A DNA stretch of 61,638 nt, taken from assembly GCA_913051705.1 (NCBI GenBank), contig CAJXCW010000002.1, positions 1-61,638 on the forward strand, read 5' to 3'. Under the pieces are notes generated by a model, which saw only the letters and a list, made by a program, of their open reading frames with translations, was not told the DNA's origin and searched no databases. This DNA is from an uncultured bacterium. Its GTDB lineage: Bacteria > JAAXHH01. The position numbers and the translations under genes were made by a program. This document shows positions 39,032-49,225 of the stretch, piece after piece. Numbering within the stretch: position 1 is the first letter of the stretch; the number at the start of each line of letters is the position of its first letter.

Positions 39032-40033
39032 TTATTCGTCCGAAAATGCCGCATCGAATGCGACGTAGGATGAGGGAAAATCTACGGCATTGGTAAACGC
39101 ACAGGCCTCTTCTGCGCCATGTTCGCGGTCCATACCGCCATCTTCCCACTCAATCGAAAGCGGACCGTTATATCCGATTTCATTCAAAGCCCGGATGATC
39201 TCTTCGAAATCGATACTGCCGCGGCCGAGAGACCGGAAGTCCCAGAAACGGTCTGTATCACCGAAATTGGTATGGCCGCCGAATACGCCAGCCCGGGTGG
39301 GCTTGTCGGACCACCATACATCTTTCATATGAACATGATAAATACGATCGCGGAAGGTACGGATGAAGGCGACATAATCTACGCCTTGATAACCGAAATG
39401 GCTCGGATCGTAGTTGAATCCGAATGTGTCCCGACCATCCAGCGCATCGATCGCCCGTTGGGCAGAAGAAATATCAAATGCGATTTCTGTCGGATGAACT
39501 TCCAGCCCGAATTTGACGCCTACCTCATCGAAGACATCCAGGATCGGATGCCAGCGGCTGGCGAAATCGGCATAGCCTGCATCGATAGAAGAGGGATCGA
39601 CGGGTGGGAAAGAGTATAACATATGCCAGATCGACGAGCCGGTGAACCCGTTGACCACGCTGAGACCCATATTCGCCGCGGCTCTTGCTGTCAGTTTCAT
39701 CTCTTCCGCTGCACGCTGTCTAACGCCTTCCGGTTCACCGTCACCCCAGACATGGGGCGACAGAATAGCCTGATGCCGCCCATCAATATTATCACAAACC
39801 GCTTGGCCGACCAGGTGATTGCTGATGGAGAAAAGCTGTAAATTATATTTAGAGAGCAGGGCGTGGCGGTCATCACAATAAGCCTGGCTTTCTGCGCCTT
39901 GCTGTACATCGAAATGGTCTCCCCAACAGGCAAGCTCCAGACCGTCGAATCCCCAACTGGCCGCTTTTTTCGCCAGTGTTTCCAGGGTCAGGTCCGCCCA
40001 TTGACCGGTAAAAAGAGTTACGGGACGGGACAT
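39032..40033 (-). CDS. Sugar phosphate isomerase/epimerase (AP_endonuc_2 TIM barrel)
   Basis: [35 protein letters not shown]. Confidence 0.88.
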   Translation of the reverse strand: MSRPVTLFTGQWADLTLETLAKKAASWGFDGLELACWGDHFDVQQGAESQAYCDDRHALLSKYNLQLFSISNHLVGQAVCDNIDGRHQAILSPHVWGDGEPEGVRQRAAEEMKLTARAAANMGLSVVNGFTGSSIWHMLYSFPPVDPSSIDAGYADFASRWHPILDVFDEVGVKFGLEVHPTEIAFDISSAQRAIDALDGRDTFGFNYDPSHFGYQGVDYVAFIRTFRDRIYHVHMKDVWWSDKPTRAGVFGGHTNFGDTDRFWDFRSLGRGSIDFEEIIRALNEIGYNGPLSIEWEDGGMDREHGAEEACAFTNAVDFPSSYVAFDAAFSDE

Positions 40034-40052
40034 GGTGTGCTCCTTTCATCTT

Positions 40053-41225
40053 TTATAAGTCCGCTACCTTAATCCATGATTTATTTTCTGCTGAGATCGA
40101 CACAGCCTCCAGTACGGCCTGATCCTTGACCCCTTCATCGAAGTCGGGATGCAGGTTGTCGTCCGCACCGCCGATGGCCTGCATGAGATCGTATACTTCG
40201 TGAATGAACGTGTGTTCCCAACCGATGATGTGCCCGGGTGGCCACCAGTGGTCCATGTAGGGATGGACGCCTTCATTCACTATAATTTCACGAAAACCCT
40301 GGATATGATCTTCATCTTCCCGGTTGTAGTACTGCAACTCATTCATCTTTTCGAGGTTAAAGGCGATGGAGCCTTTGCTGCCATTGATTTCGAAACGATT
40401 GCCATTTCGTCGGCCGCCTGCAAAACGGGTGGCTTCGAACGTACCGACAGCACCATTTTCAAACCGGGCAAGGAACAGGGTGGTGTCATCCACGGTGACC
40501 TGCCCCATCTGACTTGATCCGCCGGTTGAAGCACCTAAAGCAGCATCAATTTCTTCCGCTATCGGACGTTCCTTGATAAACGTTTCCTGCATCCCTGATA
40601 CTTCAGAAATATCGCCCACCAGATAACGGGCCAGATCGATGATATGGGCATTTAAATCACCATGCGGACCTGAGCCGGCTTTTTCCTTCTGGAGGCGCCA
40701 GACGAGCGGAAAGTCCGGGTCCATAATCCAGTCTTGCAGATAGACGGCTCGCCAGTGATAAATGTCGCCGATACGTCCTTCTTCGATGAGTTTCTTGGCC
40801 AGAGCGACCGCCGGGACACGGCGATAGTTGTAGGCGACCATGCTCTTGACACCGGCGTTCCGAACGGCGTCGGCCATGGCGCGGGCTTCAGCCAGGTTGT
40901 TGGCCAGCGGCTTTTCGCAGAATACGTGTTTGCCCGCTTCCGCCGCCGCGATGGCGATCTCCGCATGTGAATCGCCCGGCGTCGAAACATCGACCAGATG
41001 GATATCATCCCGACCGATAAGCGTCTTCCAGTCGGTCTCATAGCTTTGCCAGCCGAAGGTCTTCGCCGCATCACTGACATTGGCTTCATTGCGACCACAG
41101 ATAGCCTTCATCACCGGATAAGCCGCTGCTTCCGGGAAGAAGAACGACATGTCTTTAAACGCATGGCTGTGGACTTTCCCCATAAAGGAATAACCAATCA
41201 GCCCTACATTGACCTCTTGAGGCAT
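40053..41225 (-). CDS. Gfo/Idh/MocA family NAD-dependent oxidoreductase
   Basis: GLIGYSFMGKVH, CEKPLA, NYRR, YLQDW, GDLNAHIID. Confidence 0.9.
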   Translation of the reverse strand: MPQEVNVGLIGYSFMGKVHSHAFKDMSFFFPEAAAYPVMKAICGRNEANVSDAAKTFGWQSYETDWKTLIGRDDIHLVDVSTPGDSHAEIAIAAAEAGKHVFCEKPLANNLAEARAMADAVRNAGVKSMVAYNYRRVPAVALAKKLIEEGRIGDIYHWRAVYLQDWIMDPDFPLVWRLQKEKAGSGPHGDLNAHIIDLARYLVGDISEVSGMQETFIKERPIAEEIDAALGASTGGSSQMGQVTVDDTTLFLARFENGAVGTFEATRFAGGRRNGNRFEINGSKGSIAFNLEKMNELQYYNREDEDHIQGFREIIVNEGVHPYMDHWWPPGHIIGWEHTFIHEVYDLMQAIGGADDNLHPDFDEGVKDQAVLEAVSISAENKSWIKVADL

Positions 41226-41248
41226 TATAGATCTCCTTTTAACAGCTT

Positions 41249-42847
41249 CTACGGTTCCAATTTTTCTTCCACATAGGATTTCAGTTCATTGATCGGTAGC
41301 CGTTCCTGAGCCATTGTATCCCGATCGCGAATGGTCACCGTTTGATCATCGAGCGATTGGAAATCCACCGTAACACAGAAGGGCGTGCCGATTTCATCCT
41401 GTCGCCGATATAATTTACCGATGGCGCCGGTATCATCATAGACGGTCCTGATTTTACCGCCGGTCTGAAGTGTTTTGCGAATCTGTTTCGCCGTAGCCAC
41501 CAAATTTTCATCCGTACGTTTGAGTGGGAAGACGGCCACCTTCACTGGGGCCAGATGGGGTCTGAGATGCAAGACCGTCCGGTAATGATCATTGATCACC
41601 TTCTGTGACTGGTTTCGAAGTTTTTTTCCTTGCTGAATCCGGTCTGCACCCTGCATGGCCAGTAGCGCTTCGATACGCGGCATGGTTTCCTGGAGTTCTT
41701 TTGAGATCGATTCACCGAAAGCCAACAGCGCCTCCTGCACCTCTGAATTCATTTTGGTATTCTTAGCGACGGCTGCGTTAAACGCTTCCAGTTCTTTAGA
41801 TACCATAGAGAGTTTATCATCAGAAGGCGGTTTAACCATCGGTTCGTCATAGGCTTCGGATAGAACAGCCAATAGGCAGCGCCCGACACCAGCGGAGGGT
41901 TCGATGACAAAAGGGATAAGGTGCTTATTGGTCTGCGGATCAAAATAGGACAATCGGGTGGTACTATCCGGATTGTCCATGACTTTGGCCTTTAAGTCAT
42001 ACTGTTCCTGATAACGCGTGTGTGATCCGAGGTCGAAATCCGTCCGGCTGGCGATCCCCTCAATTTCCTCATATCCCAAGGTCGGATACCGATACATCAG
42101 ATCGTAGGTTTTCTTCGAGTAGTGTGCCAGATCTTTTTTAGGGACATCGTATATTTGGATATGATCCCGACTGACGCCGATATGCTGATACCAGGATAAA
42201 CGGTCGTGAAGCCAGCGCTCATGCCATTCATCCTCCGTCCCCGGATAGACAAAGTACTCGATTTCCATCATGTCGAATTCGCGGACGCGGAACAGAAAGT
42301 TCCGAGGATTTATTTCGTTACGGAACCCTTTACCGATCTGGGCAATACCAAATGGCAGCTTGCGGGCTGTCGTGGTCAGGACATTGTTGAAATTGACAAA
42401 AATGCCCTGCGCCGTCTCGGGGCGTAAATACGCAAAGGAATTTTCGTCTGCTACAGGTCCCATTTGGGTTTTAAACATCAGATTGAAAGGTCGAGGTTCA
42501 GTTAGCTTTTTCGAGCCGCAATCCGGACAGGTATCCCCGATCTGATCGGCACGCCAGCGGGCGTTGCAGTCGCGGCAGTCCACAAGCGGATCTACGAAGG
42601 TCTCCTCATGTCCCGAATATTTCCATGTAAGCGGATTCATCAGAGTCGCACTGTCGAGACCCTCCATATCATCTCGCTCATAGACATTGGTGCGCCACCA
42701 GGAGTTGATCAGATTATTTTTCAATTCAACGCCGACGGGGCCGTAATCATAAAGGCCCTGGAGGCCCCCGTAAATTTCGGAACCCGGATAAATGATACCT
42801 CTGCGTTTACAGAGGGAGATAAGCTGTTCTAAAGATACGGCCGCCAC
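41249..42847 (-). CDS. glyQS: Glycine--tRNA ligase (alpha2 type) with internal insertion
   Basis: LCKRRG, YDYGP, LRPETAQG, FRNEI, EPSAG, IGKLYRRQDEIGTP. Confidence 0.95.
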   Translation of the reverse strand: MAAVSLEQLISLCKRRGIIYPGSEIYGGLQGLYDYGPVGVELKNNLINSWWRTNVYERDDMEGLDSATLMNPLTWKYSGHEETFVDPLVDCRDCNARWRADQIGDTCPDCGSKKLTEPRPFNLMFKTQMGPVADENSFAYLRPETAQGIFVNFNNVLTTTARKLPFGIAQIGKGFRNEINPRNFLFRVREFDMMEIEYFVYPGTEDEWHERWLHDRLSWYQHIGVSRDHIQIYDVPKKDLAHYSKKTYDLMYRYPTLGYEEIEGIASRTDFDLGSHTRYQEQYDLKAKVMDNPDSTTRLSYFDPQTNKHLIPFVIEPSAGVGRCLLAVLSEAYDEPMVKPPSDDKLSMVSKELEAFNAAVAKNTKMNSEVQEALLAFGESISKELQETMPRIEALLAMQGADRIQQGKKLRNQSQKVINDHYRTVLHLRPHLAPVKVAVFPLKRTDENLVATAKQIRKTLQTGGKIRTVYDDTGAIGKLYRRQDEIGTPFCVTVDFQSLDDQTVTIRDRDTMAQERLPINELKSYVEEKLEP

Positions 42848-42936
42848 GGCAGACCTTTCTGTTACGATGCTGGATTCAGAGGACCATCATTGAAATAATA
42901 GGAGAGGATTTAAAACCTCGAAAAAAAATATGTCCT

Positions 42937-43027
42937 AGCATAATGAAAACGGCTTGGTCTGTCAACCTTAAAGACGACCAGTGTATGTGGGAATTAGATT
43001 GACATATCCCGGGTATTGATCCATTGT
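42937..43027. promoter_or_regulatory. Divergent sigma-70-type promoters (glyQS / gcvT-like)
   Basis: Minus strand: TTGACA-17-TATGCT (42965-42937). Plus strand: TTGACA-17-CATTGT (42999-43027). Confidence 0.5.
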
Positions 43028-43126
43028 AATATGGATAAAGGAATAATCACGTTTACAAAAATAGTTGTTGAGAAACAAGCCTGATCATCTGCCGGCAAGT
43101 TTGAGTCAAAACATAAGGAAAACACC

Positions 43127-44209
43127 ATGTTACAATCTCCTATAGAACACACGGGCGCTAATCTGGTTTTTGCCGAGTATGACGGTTGGACTTTCCCGTT
43201 GCATTACGGTAATGTGAGGGCTGAATATCAAGCCGCACGATCATCGGTTGGCATCAGCAATCTTTCTCATCGCGGGAAACTTCGTATGACCGGTAAGGAT
43301 CGACAAGCGTTTTTACACCGGATTGTCACCAACGAGATTAACGGTCTGGTCGTCGGTCAGACCGTCTATGCCTGCATGCTCACGCCCCAGGGCAAAATTA
43401 TATCGGATATGACGGTGTATCTCCGAGAGGACGACATCCTGTTCGATCTGGAGCCGGGGATGACCGCCTCGCTGATCGAAACTATGGACCGTTACGCGTT
43501 AATCGATGATGTGGAGATGACAGATGTAACAGAACAGTACGGGTTGATCGGGATTCACGGACCTCGATCGAACGAACTTCTTAATATGCTTACGAGTGAC
43601 TTCGCAGGGATTGAACCGTCCCGGCATCTTTCGGTAGATCGGCACGGTACGCAGCTGTTTATTGCCCGGTCATATCGCACAGGTGGGCAGGATTACGATC
43701 TTTATGTGCCGATGGACCATGTTTCAGATGTCTGGCAGGCGTTGATAAGGCAAGGCGCTGAATTGGACCTTGCCTGCGTCGGCGCCGAGACTTTGGAGAT
43801 CTTACGCGTTGAGGCGGGCATCCCACGTTATGGTGCCGAGTTGGATGACCGGATTATTCCCAATGAAGCCGTCAAGGACCGGGCCGTCAGTTTTAACAAA
43901 GGATGTTATATCGGTCAGGAACCCGTCGTTATGATGGAGCACCGGGGCCGTCCGAATCGCTTACTTACCGGCCTTAAAATAGACGGAGAAAGATTGCCGG
44001 AGAGAAATACCATCCTGAAAAAAGAGGATAAAGAGGCAGGGTGGATCACCTCCGCTGTCCATGGCCAGGCCGATGACGGTATCATCGCCATGGGTTTCGT
44101 CCGCCGAAGATATTTGAATATCGGAGATCGTTTAACGGTGGAGATGGATGGGGTACCAACCGAAGCGGAAATTGTAGACTTGCCGTTTTGTAAAGGTAAA
44201 CTTCCCTGA
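43127..44209 (+). CDS. GcvT/YgfZ family folate-binding protein
   Basis: LTPQGK, GPRS, LRVEAG, KGCYIGQE (YgfZ signature). Confidence 0.88.
   Translation: MLQSPIEHTGANLVFAEYDGWTFPLHYGNVRAEYQAARSSVGISNLSHRGKLRMTGKDRQAFLHRIVTNEINGLVVGQTVYACMLTPQGKIISDMTVYLREDDILFDLEPGMTASLIETMDRYALIDDVEMTDVTEQYGLIGIHGPRSNELLNMLTSDFAGIEPSRHLSVDRHGTQLFIARSYRTGGQDYDLYVPMDHVSDVWQALIRQGAELDLACVGAETLEILRVEAGIPRYGAELDDRIIPNEAVKDRAVSFNKGCYIGQEPVVMMEHRGRPNRLLTGLKIDGERLPERNTILKKEDKEAGWITSAVHGQADDGIIAMGFVRRRYLNIGDRLTVEMDGVPTEAEIVDLPFCKGKLP
44033..44187 (+). repeat. 155-bp direct repeat, copy 1 (3' end of the gcvT/ygfZ-like gene)
   Basis: gaggcagggtggatcacc...gtagacttgccgtt, identical to 45029-45183. Confidence 0.95.
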
Positions 44210-44267
44210 TAAAAGGTCCTAAGCAAGCTTTTTGAAATGTTTACTTGTTCCGAGGAGATGTCAACCT

Positions 44268-45002
44268 TTGCTTAGATTATTGAAACTGGCTTTGCTTCGT
44301 TTTCGATCACCAGAAGCTTACCGAAGAATGCAAATTCACATTGCAGAAAAATCAATTGCTGAACTGAAACTAAAAGGGATCGATTTTGCGTCTGCTAAAG
44401 TCTTGGAGTTGGGTGCAGGCGGAGGCGGTTATTCAATAGTCTTAAATCGAGAGGCACATCATTTTACAGCTTCCGACTTGCAGAAAGATACGCGGATGGA
44501 TAAATTTGGCATTCCTTTCAAACGGGTCGATGTCTTAGAGCCTTTCCCGTTTCAAAATAATGTATTTGACTTGATTTATTGCAGTAGTGTTATTGAACAT
44601 GTTGCTAACCCGAACAATCTACTAAAGGAATCCTGGCGTGTGCTAAAACCAGGAGGAGTTTTCTTTCTTTCTTTCCCCCCCTTTTATTCGTTCGCATTAA
44701 TAGGTGGACATCAATTCAAGCCCTTTCACTTTTTAGGGGAGCGATTAGCTGTTCGCCTTACCAATCTTATTCATCGTTCTAATTATCAGGATTATGCTTC
44801 TTCGTCTGGGTCATTGGAACTTTATCCACTTACTATTGACAAAGTAAAGCATCTTATCATAGCCCATCAGTTCCGGATTCTGGACATGTTCACTCGTATG
44901 AGTCCAATTAATACTTGTCGCCTGCCAGGATTTCTCAAGGACCTTATGACCTGGCATGTATGCTATTTGAGTCAAAAGCCTGGGGATTTCACAGTGAGTT
45001 AA
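44268..45002 (+). CDS. Class I SAM-dependent methyltransferase
   Basis: VLELGAGGG, FDLIYCSSVIEHV, RVLKPGG. GAGGAG before TTG 44268; start uncertain. Confidence 0.82.
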   Translation: MLRLLKLALLRFRSPEAYRRMQIHIAEKSIAELKLKGIDFASAKVLELGAGGGGYSIVLNREAHHFTASDLQKDTRMDKFGIPFKRVDVLEPFPFQNNVFDLIYCSSVIEHVANPNNLLKESWRVLKPGGVFFLSFPPFYSFALIGGHQFKPFHFLGERLAVRLTNLIHRSNYQDYASSSGSLELYPLTIDKVKHLIIAHQFRILDMFTRMSPINTCRLPGFLKDLMTWHVCYLSQKPGDFTVS

Positions 45003-45028
45003 TTAGCAACCATAGTAAGTATGACCAG

Positions 45029-45183
45029 GAGGCAGGGTGGATCACCTCCGCTGTCCATGGCCAGGCCGATGACGGTATCATCGCCATGGGTTTCGTCCGC
45101 CGAAGATATTTGAATATCGGAGATCGTTTAACGGTGGAGATGGATGGGGTACCAACCGAAGCGGAAATTGTAGACTTGCCGTT
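45029..45183 (+). repeat. 155-bp direct repeat, copy 2 (orphan gcvT 3' fragment ending LPFYNNG*)
   Basis: Identical to 44033-44187, offset by 996 bp. Confidence 0.95.
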
Positions 45184-45242
45184 CTATAATAATGGGTAAA
45201 GATACCTACCAAAAAGTGAGGGGTACAGGATACAAAGCGCGA

Positions 45243-45497
45243 CTACCACATACTCAACGCCATCTTTATAGTCTGCCAGCCGACACGAAGTCGCTCCTGA
45301 TTGGTTTTGCGTTCGGATGGTTTGATAAAAAGAGATATAACCCATTTGGCCATCCGAAGCGTGACTTCTACAACCGTTAACAGTCTCATGACAAAAAATC
45401 CCCATCGGCTATAGTGTTTTTTGAAAACATAGAGTTCGCTGAAATAACCAGTCTGAATCAGATGGGTGGCGTCACGGGGGCGGGCATAATACCAATG
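45243..45497 (-). pseudogene. Detached C-terminal part of the GT2 gene at 46271-46948
   Basis: HWYYARP...YFSELYVFKKHY...; parallels the YYQSICAYLYKHH tail of the intact GT2 paralog; no start or RBS of its own. Confidence 0.7.
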
Positions 45498-45560
45498 GGT
45501 GTAGGGTAAGCATAATATTTTAATTTTTTTCAGGAAAATATTTAGAGGTAATACGTCAAC

Positions 45561-46250
45561 GTGGAAATAAATAGTCACATTTGGAAAACTTTGCTAATTA
45601 TTATAGGCTTTCCAATATTGTATATGATCTTTGGAATGACCCCCATTGCAACAGAACTTTTTGCAGAGAAAAATTTAGATTACTACATTCCATTTTGGGG
45701 TGGTATAATCATTTTGCATTGGGTTTCTGTATTTGTAGTTACGCAATTGTTAAAAAGTCAAGGTAAAACGCTTGCAGACATAGGGTATAAACTTTCAAGA
45801 AAAGGAACTTTACGTTTTATAGGCGGTTACGTTTTAGTTGCTTTACTTGTATTGGTAGGTGTAGAAGTAATACTTAGTAATGTTGAATTGGATAGTTCTC
45901 AATTTGGAAGTATCTCTAGTTTAATTCCAAAAACGACATCTCACAGAATATTCTTTATTCTTCTTGTCTTTTCAACGGGCTTTTGCGAGGAAATAGTTTA
46001 TAGAGGATTTGCTATCACCCAACTTGAAAAAATTGGATTAAATAAATGGATAGCATTAACAATTGCAGCTTTTATATTTGTTGGAATTCATGGAGGTAAC
46101 GCATATTCTAACAGGTTTTTATTTCTATTTGGAGGTGGTGTAATGTTTGGATTGGTTTTTCTTTTCAGCAAGAGATTATTGCCCTCCATTCTGATACATT
46201 TGGCTATTAATTTATCTGCAATGATGGCAATTTTTCAATTAATCAAATAG
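45561..46250 (+). CDS. CPBP (CAAX protease/Abi) family intramembrane metalloprotease, AT-rich insert
   Basis: CEEIVYRGF, FVGIH, HLAIN motifs; many TM helices; visibly more AT-rich than its flanks. Confidence 0.85.
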   Translation: MEINSHIWKTLLIIIGFPILYMIFGMTPIATELFAEKNLDYYIPFWGGIIILHWVSVFVVTQLLKSQGKTLADIGYKLSRKGTLRFIGGYVLVALLVLVGVEVILSNVELDSSQFGSISSLIPKTTSHRIFFILLVFSTGFCEEIVYRGFAITQLEKIGLNKWIALTIAAFIFVGIHGGNAYSNRFLFLFGGGVMFGLVFLFSKRLLPSILIHLAINLSAMMAIFQLIK

Positions 46251-46270
46251 AAAACGTTCTATATCATCAG

Positions 46271-46948
46271 CTAGTGAATGGCCTGTGCCTGGGGGATATA
46301 ATATATTTTCCAACCACCTTTTTTAATCCTTAAACACCACTCTACATCATCATAAAATCGTTTTAGATTTTCATCCAATCCACCCACCTGATCATACGTC
46401 GCACGCCGTACCATCAGACAGGCATCAGGCATATCATCAACTTCCTCAACGACATTATAATTTCTATAGGTCTTATGGAAATAATCGCTCGGCGAAACAA
46501 GATGGATTCTGAATCGATCTTTTATCACCGAGCCCAACGTCGGGAAACGGCGCCCACAAGGTTGCAGCGTTCCATCCGGGTTTAATATTTTAGCTCCGAC
46601 CATACCGGTTTCTGGATGTGCTTCCATGAATTCGTAAAGCGTATCTATAGCACCCGGCTTTGGGAGAACATCCGCACTTAATTGAAGAATATACCGTCCT
46701 TTCGCCTGAACGAAGGCCATATTAAACCCTCTGGCGATACCGACGGGACCAGGGTTTTCCGAGAAAATCACATCCGGAAAACGTGAGACGACGACCTCCG
46801 CCGTCCCATCTCCGGAATAATCATTGACTACAATGACTTCGTAAGAGACCGTGGGGGGAGAGGCATAAACAGAGTCCAAACATTGAATTAGAAGATCACA
46901 CGCTTTATAGCTGGTTATGCAGATAGAAATATCACACTGAGAAGACAT
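46271..46948 (-). pseudogene. Family 2 glycosyltransferase, 5' part, cut off after ...IPQAQAIH
   Basis: GT2 motifs (VVNDYSGDG, GGLDE, DDVEWC); stop at the point where the paralog continues with a C-terminal helix region. Confidence 0.75.
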
Positions 46949-46963
46949 TAAGGAACCTTATTA

Positions 46964-47899
46964 TTAATTTGTTTTTAATAACGATGCCATCCCGCGTCGT
47001 AGAAGTTGCATAGGCTTCACAAAACCGTAATAGCAAACCCGATAAGCAACAAGAGAAATCGCGCCATGATGTTTATATAAATAGGCGCATATACTCTGAT
47101 AGTACAACTGCTCACGATCGGTTCTCAGGCTGCTGCTGCCCTCGCCGATGTGTACAATGGCAGAGGCCGGTGTATAATAGACACGCCAGCCGGCCTGATA
47201 GAAACGGTAGCACCAGTCCGTTTCTTCCATATACATGAAAAATTGTTCATCAAAAACACCGACTTCCTCGATCGCTTGCCGCCGTACACACATAAAAGCA
47301 CCGGTAACCTGGGCAACAATTTGTTCCTGCTCCGGATTGTAGCCTGTCCAGACACATCGTTGAATGAGCCTGTTATTCGGAAATAAACGACTTAAACCGG
47401 TCAGCGTGACCAGATCATTTAAGAGCAGTACGTTGAGACTGGGATATCGGTCCCCATAAGAAATACGGATTTGGTCCCTTGTATCTGATTCATAGACCTT
47501 TCCTGTAGCCACAGCGGCATCCTGATGGGCGTCCATAAAGGCGACCATGTTGTCGAAGGTCTCATCCAGAACAAGGGTATCCGGATTTAAGAATAGATAA
47601 TAACGTCCGAATCCTGCGGGGATTGCCTGGTTATTAGCGCGGCCAAATCCCCTGTTATCCATATTTCGAATCAGCTGTATCTGAGGATAGGAAATTTCCA
47701 CCTTCTCCGCACTGCCGTCGTTGGAGTTATTATCAACTACAATGATCTCCAGGGTGGACTGACAGGGCGTAGAAAATATGGAATCGAGACATTTACTCAA
47801 TAGATCATAGCTGTTCCAATTCACAATACAGACGGTCAGGTCCGGCGGAGACACCGCAGGCGAATCGGATAAATGAGGGGATGTAAGGCGGTGTCCCAT
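46964..47899 (-). CDS. Family 2 glycosyltransferase
   Basis: IVNWN, VDNNSNDGS, GFGRANN, LNPD, FDEQFFMYMEETDWC. Confidence 0.9.
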   Translation of the reverse strand: MGHRLTSPHLSDSPAVSPPDLTVCIVNWNSYDLLSKCLDSIFSTPCQSTLEIIVVDNNSNDGSAEKVEISYPQIQLIRNMDNRGFGRANNQAIPAGFGRYYLFLNPDTLVLDETFDNMVAFMDAHQDAAVATGKVYESDTRDQIRISYGDRYPSLNVLLLNDLVTLTGLSRLFPNNRLIQRCVWTGYNPEQEQIVAQVTGAFMCVRRQAIEEVGVFDEQFFMYMEETDWCYRFYQAGWRVYYTPASAIVHIGEGSSSLRTDREQLYYQSICAYLYKHHGAISLVAYRVCYYGFVKPMQLLRRGMASLLKTN

Positions 47900-48144
47900 A
47901 ATTATTTCAGAGGCGTCTGTGGAAAAAGAGGTAACCAATTGGAAGGACCTGTATATGGGGTTACCTGGAAATACACGGGGATGCAATCCGCACATAAAAT
48001 AGAATAGCGCAATATGGGTGTCAAGCCTTATGTCGGCTTGGAGCTTGTCCGAATAAGTCCTTAATAGTCTTGACAACAGGTCTGAGTTCTCTATAGATAG
48101 ACAGGATGTAACGCATGCCATATCAATAAACAGGAGCTCTTTGT

Positions 48145-49152
48145 ATGCCCTTTTCGTTGTCTTCCCCGCTCGACATGCATATCCACTTTCGAGAAGGCGA
48201 TATGCTCAAGCTGGTCGCCCCGCTCAGTGCAAAAACTTTTGCCGGTGGCGTCATCATGCCAAATCTGGTCCCGCCGGTAGACCATATAAGTCGTTTGATT
48301 ATCTACGAAGAAGAAATAAACAAGGCCATTATCGGCCATGGTTTTCAGCCTTACATGGCGTTGTTTATGAGGTCTTATACGGAAGAAGAATTGGCGCCGA
48401 TAAAAGATCGTATTATTGGGATAAAACTATATCCTGCCGGAGTGACGACCCATAGCGATCAGGGGATAAAACGGATTGAAGATATCAACCGTACCCTTGC
48501 AATCATGCAGGATATCGACATCCCTTTGCTCGTGCATGGTGAAACTACCGGTTTTGTTATGGATAGGGAACGGGAGTTCATATCGATCTATGAACGGCTT
48601 GCCAGGCAGTTCCCCCGATTGACGATCATTATGGAGCATATTACAACAAAGGAGGCGGTGGATATGCTCGACAGGTACGAGAATCTCCACGCGACCGTAA
48701 CGCTTCAACACCTTATTATTACTCTGGATGATGTCGTCGGTGGTTTGCTCGCTCCACATCTGTTTTGTAAACCTATCGCCAAGCGACCCGAGGATAGAGC
48801 AGCCCTTTTGCATATTGCGCTTAAGGCACATCCGAAGTTAATGTTCGGCAGTGATTCGGCGCCCCATCCGGTCAGTAAAAAAGAATGCTGCGGTTGTGCT
48901 GCCGGCGTGTTTACCGCTCCGATTGCGCTGCAAATGCTGGTTGAACTCTTTGAGGATCATGACGCGTTGGAGAACCTGCAAGCGTTCGTATCCGACAATG
49001 CAAAACGAATTTACGAGATTACGCCGCCGGAAAAGACCGTGGTATTTGAAAAGACAGGAGATGTTATTCCGGATAAATATGGTGACGTGGTACCGATCTA
49101 TCCCGGGCGGAAGCTGGCATGGAATGTGAAAGTTGAGGGAGAGATTTGGTGA
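48145..49152 (+). CDS. pyrC: Dihydroorotase (homodimeric type)
   Basis: DMHIHFR, MPNL, KLYPAG, VHGE, EHITT, CKP, GSDSAPH. Confidence 0.93.
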   Translation: MPFSLSSPLDMHIHFREGDMLKLVAPLSAKTFAGGVIMPNLVPPVDHISRLIIYEEEINKAIIGHGFQPYMALFMRSYTEEELAPIKDRIIGIKLYPAGVTTHSDQGIKRIEDINRTLAIMQDIDIPLLVHGETTGFVMDREREFISIYERLARQFPRLTIIMEHITTKEAVDMLDRYENLHATVTLQHLIITLDDVVGGLLAPHLFCKPIAKRPEDRAALLHIALKAHPKLMFGSDSAPHPVSKKECCGCAAGVFTAPIALQMLVELFEDHDALENLQAFVSDNAKRIYEITPPEKTVVFEKTGDVIPDKYGDVVPIYPGRKLAWNVKVEGEIW

Positions 49153-49225
49153 TTTGGTGATTTGGTGATTCGCTTTAGCTTTCTTTTTTCCAATCACTCA
49201 ATCACTTAATTACTCAATCACCAAT
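49143..49225. repeat. Inverted 8-mer tandem repeats between convergent genes
   Basis: GATTTGGT x3 facing caatcact/caatcacc units; shares ctcaatcaccaat with the site near 19385. Confidence 0.75.

Noticed and set aside
41582-41842. Intein in GlyRS
   Set aside because: No N-terminal Cys/Ser or C-terminal His-Asn, and too short.
44915-45199. 94-aa ORF as a real gene
   Set aside because: It is the duplicated gcvT 3' end joined to an alternate frame of the methyltransferase.
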